This document shows positions 1 to 11,241 of a stretch of DNA of 64,000 nt, one piece after another. The number at the start of each line of letters is the position of its first letter. The stretch's first letter is position 1. Under the pieces are notes generated by a model. It did no database searches, was not told the DNA's origin, and saw only the letters and a list, made by a program, of their open reading frames with translations. The DNA is from Scenedesmus sp. PABB004 (taxonomy: Eukaryota), in NCBI GenBank assembly GCA_014905635.1, contig JABVCE010000007.1, positions 186,001 to 250,000 on the forward strand, written 5' to 3'. A program made the translations under genes and the position numbers.

Positions 1-1737
1 CGGGGGCCCTACCGCCCCGCTGCGGCCGCCGCCAGGCCGGGCGGGCGCCCCTGACCGCGCGCCCGCGCCGCCCGTGACGCGGCCAGGCCGCGTGCTCGCT
101 GATCCGCGCCAAAGACAAGGAGCTGGACGCCAACCGCGCCCGCCTCAGGGCTGCGGCGGCGCTGGAGGCGCGCGTGGCGGTGCGGCGCGGCACGGCGCGG
201 CGTGGCGCCGCTGCGGTGCCGCTGCGTCGCCAGCCGCTCCACGCCGCCGCCCCCGCTCCGCGGCCAGGCCCTGGAGAACGAGCTTGCAGCTGCCAAGAAG
301 GAGGTGGACGCGGCGGGGTCCGAGATCCGCACGCTGCAGCAGGCGCGGCGCGGCTGCGGCTGCGAGGCCGGCAGCGCGCGAGTCCGGGCGCGGGGCCACG
401 GCTGACGCTGGCGCGCGGGCGCGCGTGCACCGCGCAGGTCGCGCGCGGCAAGGATGGTGACATCGCGTCGCTGACCAAGGCCCAGGCGGCCGCCAACAAA
501 ACGCTCGAGGGCGCCCGCCAGGAGCTGAGCGCCGCGCGCGCGACGCTCAAGGTGCGCCGCGCCGCGGCCGCCAGGAGCGGCGGCGCCTGCCGCGCTCGCC
601 GCCCAGCGCCGCCCCGCGCTCCGCCGCGCGCAGGCAACCGAGGCGCGCGCGGCAGAGCTGGCGGCGGAGCTGTGCGTGAAGCGCGACGAGCTGGCGCGCG
701 CGAGCGCGGTCGCGGGCCGCGCCGCCGCCGCGGACGCGCGGCTCGTGAAGGGCGAGGGCACGGTGCCGGCGGGTGAGGGCCGGCCAGCTGCAGAGAGCCC
801 GCCGCGTGGCCGGGGGCCCTCAGGTGCCGCGCCCCGACCCTGCTCCCGCCCGCCGCGCCCGCCTCGCAGGGCAGCACCTTGCGGAGGTCAAGGCGCTCAA
901 CGGCCAGCTTTCCCGCGTGCGGGAGCGCCTCGCGCTGGCCGAGCGGGACCTCGCTGTGGCGCACGTGATCAAGGCCGGCGCGCGCGAGCGGCAGCGCCGG
1001 CACAGGCCGCCGCCGCGCGCGGCCCGGCGGCGGCCGGGCGGCTGGCGGGCTGACGCGCCGCCCCTGCCGCCGCCGCTGCTCCCCGGCCGCAGGAGAAGTA
1101 CCGCACTGCGCTGGAGTTTGCCAACATCAGCATCGGCGACCTGGACGCCGCAGCGGCCGCGGCGAGCGCGGCGGGCGCGGCCGCGCCCGGCGGCGCGTCG
1201 GCCGCGCGCAGCGCCGCGCGCCGCTCGCTGGGCGGCTCGAGCGCGCACCAGCTGATGGGCCTGCCCTCGCCCGCGGGCCGCGGCGCGGCGCGCGCCGAGC
1301 CGGCGGCGGCGCCCGCGCCCGCGGACGACGCCGCGGCCGCGGCCGCGGAGCTCGGCGGCGCCCTGGCCGGCCTCGCGCTGGGCGGCGCCGCGACCGAGGC
1401 GGCTGCGTCGGAGGCGGCCGCACCCGTGGCAGCTGCCCCGGAGGCGGCCGCCCCCGAGGCGGCGCAGCCGGCGGCGGAGGAGCAGCAGGCGGAGGAGCCG
1501 GCGGGCGCGCCGGACGCGGCCGCCGGCGACGCCGCCGGCGCCACGCCGGCGAGCAAGAACGCCAAGAAGCGCGCGCGCGCCAAGAAGGCCAAGTCCAAGG
1601 CAGCCGGGCAGCCGGCGGCGGAGGCGGGCCAGGCCTGCGACGACGACGGCAAGGCCAAGGCCGTGGCTGTGGCCGAGGAGACCACGCGGCGCAGCACGCG
1701 GCGCACGCGCCGCGACCAGGCGGCCGGCGAGGCGTGA
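1..1737 (+). CDS. Coiled-coil hypothetical protein, 5'-truncated, multi-exon
   Basis: Spliceable exons ALENELAAAKKEVDAAGSEIRTLQQ / VARGKDGDIASLTKAQAAANKTLEGARQELSAARATLK; last exon 1093-1737 (EKYRTALEFANISIG...KNAKKRARAKKAK...EA*); TGTAA at 1797-1801. Confidence 0.7.
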
Positions 1738-1990
1738 AGTGCGCGACATGACCTGGGGTGACACGTGGGGTGACACGTGGGGGTGACTGCAGCGACTGTA
1801 AGCCCGGCTCGGCGAGGCGCGCGTTGCGCGACGCGCCGGCGGCACGCTCGCGGCGCCGCCAGCGCCAGGCCGACGCCAGCCCGCCGCGGCGGCTGCGACT
1901 GCGACCGCGCGAGCTGCCACGCGAGTGTGATCCTGCCAGCCGTCCTCCTCGCGCTCGGGCGTGAGCTGCGGCGGCGGCTCGACCGCGCGT

Positions 1991-2001
1991 GTACAGCGTA
2001 C
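1991..2001. promoter_or_regulatory. Paired GTAC cores (candidate copper-response elements) upstream of CTR
   Basis: GTACagcGTAC ~190 nt before the CTR ATG. GTAC is the CRR1/SBP-bound CuRE core in Chlamydomonas. Confidence 0.55.
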
Positions 2002-2189
2002 CGTCTGCCTGCCGCCGTCCTTGGGTCTCAGCAGGTCAGGCCTATCTTGCTCGTGCCCGCGTTATCGCGCTCGCCACACCGCCCGCCGGGGCTGGCGCGC
2101 GCGCGCCGCAATCGGGGACAGGCACCGCGCAAACGGCCCCGAGTTTGGCGAGCGACGAGCCCCGGCCCCGGATCCGCGCCCGCGGCCCC

Positions 2190-3639
2190 ATGAGGGCGGT
2201 CGCCATGCTGCTGGTGGCACTGATGGCGCTCTCGAGCGTCACGGGGCAGCAGCACGGCGCGATGCACGCAGCTGCGCCGGCTGCCAGCAGCGGCGGCGGC
2301 CGGGCCCCTGCGGCGGCGGCGCAGCTGGACAGCTGCGTCGCGGAGCCGCTGGCGGCCAACTGCAGCGCCTACGAGTTCCCCCTGGCCGCGGCGGCGGCGG
2401 ACGCGCAGCGGCTGTGCGGGGCGATGCACTTCATGGCCGCCTGCAGCGTGGCCAAGGCGTGCAACGCGAGCGGCGCGGGCCCGCTCACGCCCCGCGCGCC
2501 CGGCGCGGCGCGCGTGAGCGCCAACGACCCGGACGTGTGCCAACCGTTCAACCACGTGGCCACGGTGTGCAGGCTCGACACCGGCATGGGCCGCATGGCG
2601 GGTGAGCGCGCCGCGGCGGCGGTTGCGGTTGCGGCGGCGGCAGCCGCTGCTGCGGGGGCCGCGAGCGCGCGGTGACTGGCGGGGTGCACAGCCAGGGCGC
2701 GCTTCGCTTGCGTGCGACCGCGCGCCCGCGTGCTCGCCCCGCACGCCAGGCTGCGCCCACTTTGCCACGATGTGCGTGCCGGGCAGCCGCGTGCCAGCGT
2801 GCGCGGAGCTGCCCGGCCTGTCGGCGCTGCCCACCTCGGAGGCCGTCAACAAGCAGGTGGGCGGCCGGCGGCGGCGGCAGGGCGACGGCGGCAGGGCGGC
2901 GGCGGCGGCAGGGCGGCGGCGGCGCCCGCGCCGACCCCGGCCGCGCCGCGCGCAGGTGCGCAGCATCTGCGAGGAGATGACCATGGATGGCTGCGAGCGC
3001 TGCATGCCCAGCTGGGCGGCGGGGCGCACCTGGGCCGACTGCGACTTGCTGGACACGTACGGGCAGCTCTGCTACGCCATGCCGGGTGCGGGCGCGCCGC
3101 GCGGGCCGGCCGCCGCTGGCTGCGGGGGCGGCAGCCGCCACGGCCGCAGGCGCCGCGCCGGCGGCGGCCGGCCGCCGACCTGCACGCCGCCGCACGCGCG
3201 CCTGCCGCGGCGCAGAGATGCCGCAGTGCGCCGAGTGGCACGCGATGTGCGGCGCCGACGCGTCGCTGGCCTTCTGCCACGGCGCCGGCGGCGGGGCCCC
3301 CGGCGGCTCTGGCGGCGGGTCTGGCGGCGGCGGGCCTGTCATGAAGATGTACTTTTTCAACGAGCTGCCCTTTTACCTGCTGTTCAAGTCCTGGACGCCC
3401 CGCACGCCCGCGGGCCTCGCGGGCGCGTGGTTTGCCGTGTTTGCGCTCGGCCTGCTGTACGAGGCGCTGCAGATGGCCTACGGCAGGCTCGAGAGCGCCG
3501 CGTGGGCGCGCGTCGCGGCGGCGCGCGGCAGCGCCGGCGACGCGCGGCCGCCGGCGGGCGTCGGCGGCGCGTTCCCGCCCGACCTCGAGGCCGCGGCGCC
3601 GCTCGCGGACGGCGACGACGCGCGGGGCACGTGCTGCGG

Positions 3640-3670
<31 letters not shown>

Positions 3671-4123
3671 AGCTACGAGCCGCCCCCGCTCGCGCCGCGC
3701 GGCGCGTGCTGCGGCGCCGGCGCGCTCGCGCTGGCGGGCGGCGCCGGGCTCAAGGGCGGCCTGGGCCTCGGCGGCGGCGCACGCATTGTCGCGAGCAGCA
3801 CTGGCAGCAGCGGCGTCAGCGGCGTCAGCGGCGTCGTCGCTGCGCGCGGGCGGCCGTGCTGCGCCGGCGGCGCGCCGCCGCCGCGCCGCCCGCCGGCGCC
3901 CCTGCGCCGGCAGCTGCTCGTGCTGGACGTCGCGCGCGGCGCCGCGCGCTTTGTGCTGGCGGGGCTCGCGTACCTGCTGATGCTGGCGGCCATGTCGTAC
4001 CACGTGGCCATCTTCTTCGCCGTCATCACCGGCGTCGGCGTCGGCAGCGCGCTGTTCGGGCGCTGGCGCTTTGCGGCGGGCACGGCCGAGGGCTACAGCC
4101 ACTGCGGCTGCGGGTCGAGCTGA
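2190..4123 (+). CDS. CTR: CTR-family copper transporter with signal peptide and Cys/Met-rich extracellular N-terminus (4 exons: 2190-2601, 2750-2856, 2956-3085, 3216-4123)
   Basis: Signal peptide MRAVAMLLVALMALS; Ctr motifs MKMYFF...LLFKSW, TM1 FAVFALGLLYEAL and YLLMLAAMSYH (MxxxM), GxxxG in TM3, C-terminal HCGCG; all three GT-AG introns phase-consistent. Confidence 0.92.
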
Positions 4124-4603
4124 CCGGACACCGCCCTCCATCCCTTGCGCGGGCGGGCGTGGGCGCGCAGGCGGGGCGCAGGGGTTTCGTCTCTGGGTGG
4201 TGCCGCGTGACGCGGGGCTGTGCGCGTGTGTGCAGGGCGCGCGCGCCCCGAGAACCCAGCGCCAGGCTGCACAGCGGCAGCGCGGTAGCGCAGCGTGTCT
4301 TTTGAGGGGGGGGGGGGCACTGCGAACCGGGGGCGCGCGGCGCGCGAGTAATGCGGGCCCGGGGCGCTGTGCGCGTGCCGCGGCCGGGGCAGCTCGCTCC
4401 TGTTACTCGCCGGCCTCCGCCGTGCTGCGGCGGCGGCCGGCCCGCGCGCGCCAGCTCAAAATCGCCGCGCGTGGCCGCGAAAAAACGCGCGCCCCTCCTG
4501 CCACTGCCTGACCAGCCCGTGCACGCCCACTCGCTGCACACACGCGCGCTGGGGTGCGCCGCGCGTGTGGGCGCGCCAGGGCGCCGCGCCCAGCAGCCCC
4601 CCG

Positions 4604-6243
4604 TCACTGCAGGTTGGCGGTCTGCCGCTCCATTGCCGCGAGCGCCTCCACCAGCTCCGCGCGCCGGCGCTCGCTGTCGCGCAGCCGCGCGAGCTCGCCC
4701 CGCCACGCCGCCTCGAGCGGCTCCACCTGCGCCAGCACGCGCGCCGCCGTGTCCTCCACCGCCGCCTCCGCCTCCTGCGCACACGGCGCGGCGCGGCGCG
4801 GCGCGTGGGCCGCAGCGGCCGTGGCGCGTGCGCGGCGTCATGCTGGGCGCGCAGCCGCGCCGCGCCGCGCCGCGCCGCGCCGCGCGCGCCTCTGCCATCG
4901 CGCCGGTCACGGTGTCGGCGAAGCCGCCGGCCACGCGCGCGACCTTGGCCTTGATGTCTGACCGGCGCAGCGGCAGGTTGAGCACCGCGACGTAGCTGGC
5001 CAGCCCAGCCACGGTGAGCGCGAGCAGGTCCTCCAGCGTGTTGCCCAGCCAGCCAGCGGCGAGCAGGCCCAGCCCCTGCGCGCCTGCGCAGGGCGAGCGC
5101 CGCGGCGGCGCAGGCGGACGGCGGCGGGGGTCGCGCCGGCGGGCATGCGCGCGCGTGCGGGCGGCCGGCGCGGGCGCGCACCCGCCGCGGAGCCGGCCGT
5201 GCCCAGGAACGCCTCCCGCAGCTCCGCCTCCAGCAGCGTGCGCGCGGCGTCGGGCTTGAACTCCGCGACCGCCGCGAGGCTCTTGCTGCCCGCCGCCGCC
5301 GCCACCGCGGCCGCGGCCGCGCCGCCGCCTGCGGCGCCGCTCGCCTGCGTCTCGGGCGCGCCGCCGGCGGGCGCGCCGTCGCCGTCGCCGGCCGCGGGCG
5401 CCGCCGCGCCGGGCAGGCGGTGCTGCGCCAGGTAGGAGGCGTAATAGGAGAGCTGGTTGCCGCAGTTGGTGGCCAGCCACGCGGCGTGCTCCGCGACCTG
5501 CGCCGCCGGCGGGCGGGGGCGGGCGCACGGGGGTGGGCGCGCGCGCCGCCGCCCGCGCAGCGCCGCCGCCCGCGGGCGCCGCCGGCGCCGCCGCCGCCCG
5601 CGAGCGCGGCGCGGCGCGCGCCTGCTTTCCGAGCTGGTCGAACGAGCCCGCCACGACCTCGCCGTCCCAGTTGGCCGCGACCGCGCTGCCGCCGCTGCCG
5701 CCGCCGCCGCCGCCAAAGAGGTACCCCGTGAGGGCGGGCAGGTTGGAGAGCTGCAGCGTGCGGTCGACAAACCTGGCGTTGCGCACGAGGGCCTCGTTGA
5801 CGAGGCCCGTGCACACGGCGCGCTGCGCCTCGGCGTCCTTGGCCATCTCCACCTGCCGCCGCGGCAGGCCAGCAGCTGGGCGGGCCGCGGGGCGCCGGCG
5901 CCGGCGGCCGCGCCGCGCCGCGCGGCGCGCGCCGGGCGCTGCCGCGCGCGGCGGCGGACCTTGAACTTTGCGAGCTGCCGCCGCACCGCCTCGAGCGCGG
6001 CGAGCTCGCCCTCCGCCGCCGCGACCTCCGCCGCGAGCCGCGCGCCCGCGGCCTGCATGAGCGCGTCAGCGACAAACAGCGGCGTCTGCAGCTTGAGCCG
6101 CAGGCCCTCGCCGCCGCGCGCCGCGGGCGCGCCGTCGGGGCCGGGCGCGCCGACCAGGAAGTCGTAGATGAACTTTTCAAACTCGCCAAACCTGCGCCGG
6201 GGTTCAAATGTGTGCGGAACAGCGGCGGCAGCAGCCTGAGGGC

Positions 6244-6292
<49 letters not shown>

Positions 6293-8997
6293 TGCCGCCC
6301 CGCGCGCAAGCCGCGCGCCGCGCCGCGCCTGCTGCCGCGCCAGCCGGGCTGCTCCGCGAGCAGGTCGTCCTCCCAGCTGTCCAGCACGCCGCCGCGCGAG
6401 CCCGAGCCGCACGCGAGCTTCGCCGCGAGCGCGGCGCGGCCGCTGATGGGCAGCACGGCGGGCGCGTCGAGCTGGAGCAGCTTGGCGGCGTTGGACGAGA
6501 CAAAGCTCAGCACCTGCTCCACCTCCGCCTCGCTGCCCAGCATGTCGACCTGGCCGCCCGCGGCGACGCGGACGCGGGTCGGGCCGCGGCGGCGCGCTCA
6601 CGCGGCGGCCGGCGCTGCGCGCCGCGCCGCGCCGGGGTGTGCACTACCCCCCGCGCCGCCGCTGCGGCCGCCGCGGCCGCCGCGGCGGAGCAGCGCGTCG
6701 CACCTTGTTGACCACGAAGACGACCTTCTTGCGCCACTGCCTGATGTAGCGCAGGAACGCGAGCTCGCTCTCGCTCAGCGGGCGGTCGGCGCTGAGCACA
6801 AAGAGCACCAGGTCGGCGCGGGGGACGTACTCCTCGGTCAGGCGCTGCTGGCGCTCGAGGATGACGTTCGTGCCCGGCGTGTCCACGATCGCCATCTCGC
6901 GCAGCAGCGCCGCGGGCAGGCTGCGCACAAACAGCCCGTCCGCCTGCTGCACCAGCTCCGGCGCGCCGCCGCCGCGCGGCCCGGGGTCGGCGTACCTGCG
7001 CGGCCGCGCGCGCGGTGCGCGGGGCGCGGCGTCGCCCCGGGCGCGCGCGCGGGGCGCGGTGCCGCCGCGGCGCGCGCGGCCGGCGGGTGCGCCGCGCCGT
7101 GCCGCGCCGCGGCAGCGCCGCCGCGCCGCGGCCGCACCGCAGCACCGAGATCTCGTTCGTTGTCGGCAGTATGCCGTCGGCGAGGAACTTTTCGCCGAGC
7201 AGCGCGTTGATGACGGTGCTCTTGCCGCTGTTGAACTCGCCGACCACGACGACCAGGAACGCGTCGTCCAGGTTGGCGATCGCGTCGCGCAGCAGCGGAA
7301 GCTCGTCCATCTGCGGCGCCCGCGCCGCGGCGGCGGCCTCCGCGCCCGCGCCCAGCGGCGGCGCGGCGGCGCCCGGCGGCGGCGGCGGCGCGCACCTGCG
7401 GCGCGATCTCCTCGAGCAGTGCCGCGGCGCGCTGCAGCAGGCCCCGCTCCTCGCCGATGAGGGCGGTCTTGTCGGCGCTCAGCAGCCGCCGCAGCGTGCT
7501 GCCGCCGACCTTGACCGTGGCCGGCGCCGCCGGCGCGGCGGTGCCGGCGGGCGCGGGCCCGCCCGCGCCGCCGCCGGCCGGCGTGCGGCTCTCGGTGAGG
7601 CACTGCAGCAGCAGGCCGACCGCCGCCGCCATCGGCGGCGCCTCCGGCGCCGCGTCGCCTGCGCGGGGCGCGCGCGCGGGGCGGCGGCGAGCGTGGGCAG
7701 CGGGGGCGCTGCGGCGCGCCGCCGAGGCAGCTGCCGCCCGCGCCGCGCGCGCCGGTGCCCCCCCCCTCGCGCCTGTTGCGGCGGCGGCGGGCTGCAGCAG
7801 GCCGAGCGGCAGGCAGAAGCCGTCGGCGGGGCCCGCGAGGCGCGGCAGCGCCTGCTGCAGCGCGTCGATGGCGGCGCCGGGCGCGGCGGCGGCGATGACG
7901 GGGATCGCGTTGCCGCTGCGCTGCCGGCTGCGCGCCGACGACAGCTCCTCCGCGCCGGGCAGCGAGCCGTCGGCGGCCTGCGCGCGGCGGGCGCAGGTGC
8001 ACGCGCGCGGGGGGCGGCGCGGACGTGGGCCGCTGCGCCGGCGCGGCGCCGCCGCCGCCGGCTCGCCGTCGGCCCGCCGCCGCCGCGAGCCCTCCTGCCC
8101 GCCGCTGCCGCGAGCCCTCCCGCCCGCTGCCGCCGTGGGCCCTCCCGCTCCCCCCGCCCCCGTCGCACCTGCAGCAGCACGAAGTTGGCGCCGTCGGCGG
8201 CGGCCGCGACCGCCGCGTCGGCGCCCGGCACGAGCTGCCCCAGCAGCATCGCGCCCGCCGCCATCTTGCGCGCGACCACGAGCGGCACGCCCGCGGGCGA
8301 GAGCACCACGCCCTCCGCGCCCACCGCCGACGCGATGTCCAGGCGGTCCAGCAGCAGCAGCGGCGCGCGCTCGCGCAGCAGCTCCTTGAGCTTCACCGCC
8401 GCGTCGTACAGCGCGGACGCGCTCTCGCTGCCGTCCAGCACGACCGCGGTCGCGCCCGCGGTCACGGCGTCGTTGACCGCCTGCGGCGGCGCGCGGCGGC
8501 GCGGGGGGGGGGGGGGGGGGGGGGGCGGCGCGGCGGCGCGTGGGCGCGGCGCGCCGGCGGCCGCCGCGCGCGCGCCGGCCGCCCGCGGCGCGCTGGCCGC
8601 GCACCGCGAGCAGCGGCGCCGCGGTGGCGGTGTCCAGCAGCAGGCCCGCCTGCACCGTGACCAGCAGCGCCGGCAGCTCCATGCGCGCCGCGCGCTGGCC
8701 CGCGGGGAACACGCCGACGCTGCCCGCCACCGGCGGGGTCGCGCGCGCCCGCAGCCGGCCGAATCGCTGCTGCGGGTCAGCCGCCTGCGCCGGCTGGCGG
8801 GCCTGCTGCGGCGCAGCCTGCTGCCGCCGGCTGTGGCCGACGCACGCAGCGGCGCCGGCAGCGCCGCCGCCGGCGCGGCAGCACGGCGTGCTGCCGCAGC
8901 GCGGCGTCGCGCGGGGCGCGCGGGGCAGGGCCGACGAGCCTCCGCCTGCGCGCCATCGGCACCGCTCCTGCGCGGCGGGCGCGGCCGAGCGCTTCAT
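4604..8997 (-). CDS. FZL: FZO-like dynamin-related chloroplast GTPase, multi-exon
   Basis: Transit-peptide-like N-terminus; thiamine-phosphate-synthase-like region (LKELLRERAPLLLLDRLDIASAVGAEGVVL); G motifs VVGEFNSGKSTVINALLG, ILPTT, IVDTPGTNVILERQQRLTEEYVPRADL, FVVNK; C-terminal TM pair ending LNLPLRR; stop at 4604-4606. Confidence 0.93.
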
Positions 8998-9334
8998 CGT
9001 GCTGCCCGGCGCGCGTGCGGCCAGACAACGCGCCGCGCGCCGGCTGCGGCCCGGGATCTCGTTCTGGCACGCGTCGGGGGGCCGTGCGACTCGCCAAGTT
9101 GCGAGCGGCAGCGGGACCGCCAGCGGCGAAAGTGGCTGTCGCTGTGCCCGCACTGCTCCGCTCCCCGGGCCACACACGCACCCGGCGCACGCGCGCGTGG
9201 CGAGCTGGAGCAGCGACCTCACCGCCGCCGCCGCCACGCGCCACCGCCCGCTCGCCGACCGGCGCGGCGCGGCGCAGCGTCGCCAGGGGCACGCCCCCGG
9301 GAGCGGTCCCTCCGCGTCGAAAGCAGGGCAAGCG

Positions 9335-11153
9335 ATGGCCGACGACGGCGAGGACGGTGCGCACCAGCTCGCCGCCTCGCCCTGCCCGGCGCCCGGCGCC
9401 CGGCGCCGCCGCTGCTCTCCTGCGAGCGCGGCCGCCGCCGCGTGCAGAGCGCGGCGCGGCGCCCAACACCGCCTTCCTGGGCAAGTACCTGGCGGGCCTG
9501 GAGTCGGGCAACAAGCGGGCGATCGCACGCAACGCGGCGCGCGGGGCGCAGCAGGTGCGGCGACCGCCGCGACCGCCGCTGCCCGCGGACACAGCGGCGG
9601 CGCGGCGCGGCCGACCCGGCGCGCCGCGCCGGCGCAGGCGGTCGGTGCGAGCGGCGCGGCGGCGCTGCGCCCCAACCTGCACAGCGCGGCGAACCGGGGC
9701 GTCGACTCGGTGCGCCGCGCCGCGGTGCGGTCGGCGGAGCAGTCGAAGCACACGCTGTGCGTGGCGCTGCTGCGGGAGGTCGCGCTCGTGTTTGGCTTCA
9801 CGCTCGCGGTCGTGGTGGACGGCGAGGAGGTGGAGGAGGAGGCGGCGCCGCCGGCGCCGCGCCCGCTCGACGCGCTGCGCGTGCGCATGTCGAGCGGCGC
9901 GCCGGCCGCCGCGGCGGCGCGCACGCGCGCGCACAGCGCGGCGGCGACGGCGGCGGCGATCGTCGGCCGGGTGCGCCGCCGGGGCGGCGGCCGGGGGCAG
10001 CGGCAGCGCGGCGCGGCGCGGCACCCTCCGCCGCCCCGCCCCGCGCCGCCGGCCGACGGCCGCCCCCGCCGCCGCGCCGCAGGCGCGCGTCGCGACGCAC
10101 CACCGGCTGCAGCTGGCGGCGTTCCGCCACCTCGGGCTGCGCGGCGCGGCTGCGGCGGCCGCGGGCGGCGGCGCCGCCAAGCGCGCGCCGGCAAAGGCGG
10201 CGGCGCCAAAGCAGCGGGCACAGCAGGCGCAGCAGGCGCAGCCGCCGGAGGAGGCGGCGGAGGAGGAGAGTGAGTACGATGAGGTGGACCAGGGGGGCGA
10301 GGAGGACGAGGAGGAGGCCGAGCTGCAGGCCGCAGCGGCGGCAGCGGCGGCAGCGGCGCAAGAGGAGGAGGAGGAGGAGGCGCAGCTGGAGGAGGGCGGC
10401 GAGGAAGGAGAGGAGGAGGAGGAGGCCGCCCCGGCGCAGCGCGGCGGCGCCGGGGCCAAGAGCAGCGTGTTTGCGCGCCTCGGCGGCGGCGCGGCAGCGG
10501 CCGCGCCGGTGGGCGCGGCGGCCAAGACGACGCGGACAGCCCCGGCGGCGCCCGCGGCGGCGCCCGCCGCCAGGGCGCCGGCCAGCGCTGCGCGCACGCC
10601 CCCGGCGGCCGCGCCGGGCGGCAGCGGTCGCAAGTCCGCGGCGGCCAACGGCCACGCGGCGCCGGCGGTGACGGCGGCGGCGGCAGCGCGCACGCCCTCC
10701 CGGCCGGCCGGAGGCCTGCGCGCGCCTGCCGCCGCCGCGGCGTCCGCCAGTGTGAAGCGCCAGCGCGGCGGCGGCGACGCAGCGGACGCGGCGGACGCGC
10801 CGGATGCCCAGCGCGGGCGGGGGCGCGTCAGCGGCAGCGGCGGCGCCGCGGCGGCGGCGCCACCGCGCAAGGCGGCGCGGGTGTCTGGCGCGTCGGGCGG
10901 CTGGGCCGACCGCGGGCTGGCGGCAGACGACGACGGCTGGGAGGAGGTGCCGCAGGACGATGAGGACGAGGAGGAGCTGGCCGGCGCCGCGCCCTCGGAC
11001 GAGGGCGAGCCCGCGGACCAGGCACGCGCGCCGGCGCAGCGGCAGCGGCCGCCGCAGCAGCAGCAGCGGCCGCAGCAGCGGCAGCAGCAGCAGCAGCAGC
11101 AGCGTGGCGGGGGGCGCCCGTCCGTGATGCAGCGCCTGGGCGGCAAGGGCTGA
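9335..11153 (+). CDS. Hypothetical protein with acidic, low-complexity C-terminus (4 exons)
   Basis: MADDGED|ERGAAPNTAFLGKYLAGLESGNKRAIARN|...HTLCVALLREVALVFGF...|ARVATHHRLQLAAFRHLG...poly-E...SVMQRLGGKG*; canonical GT-AG junctions. Confidence 0.7.
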
Positions 11154-11241
11154 GTCGGGCGCGGCGGCGCGCGAGCAGCGCTCGCGCCGGTGTGTGAAGT
11201 GTCGCGGTTAATCAAACGCGACGGCAATCGCGTGCGCGCCA

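Noticed and set aside
8998..9334. Short divergent promoters (FZL/hypothetical; RPS2/HESO1-like at 62834-63343)
   Set aside because: Ordinary for a compact algal genome; no distinctive shared motif seen.
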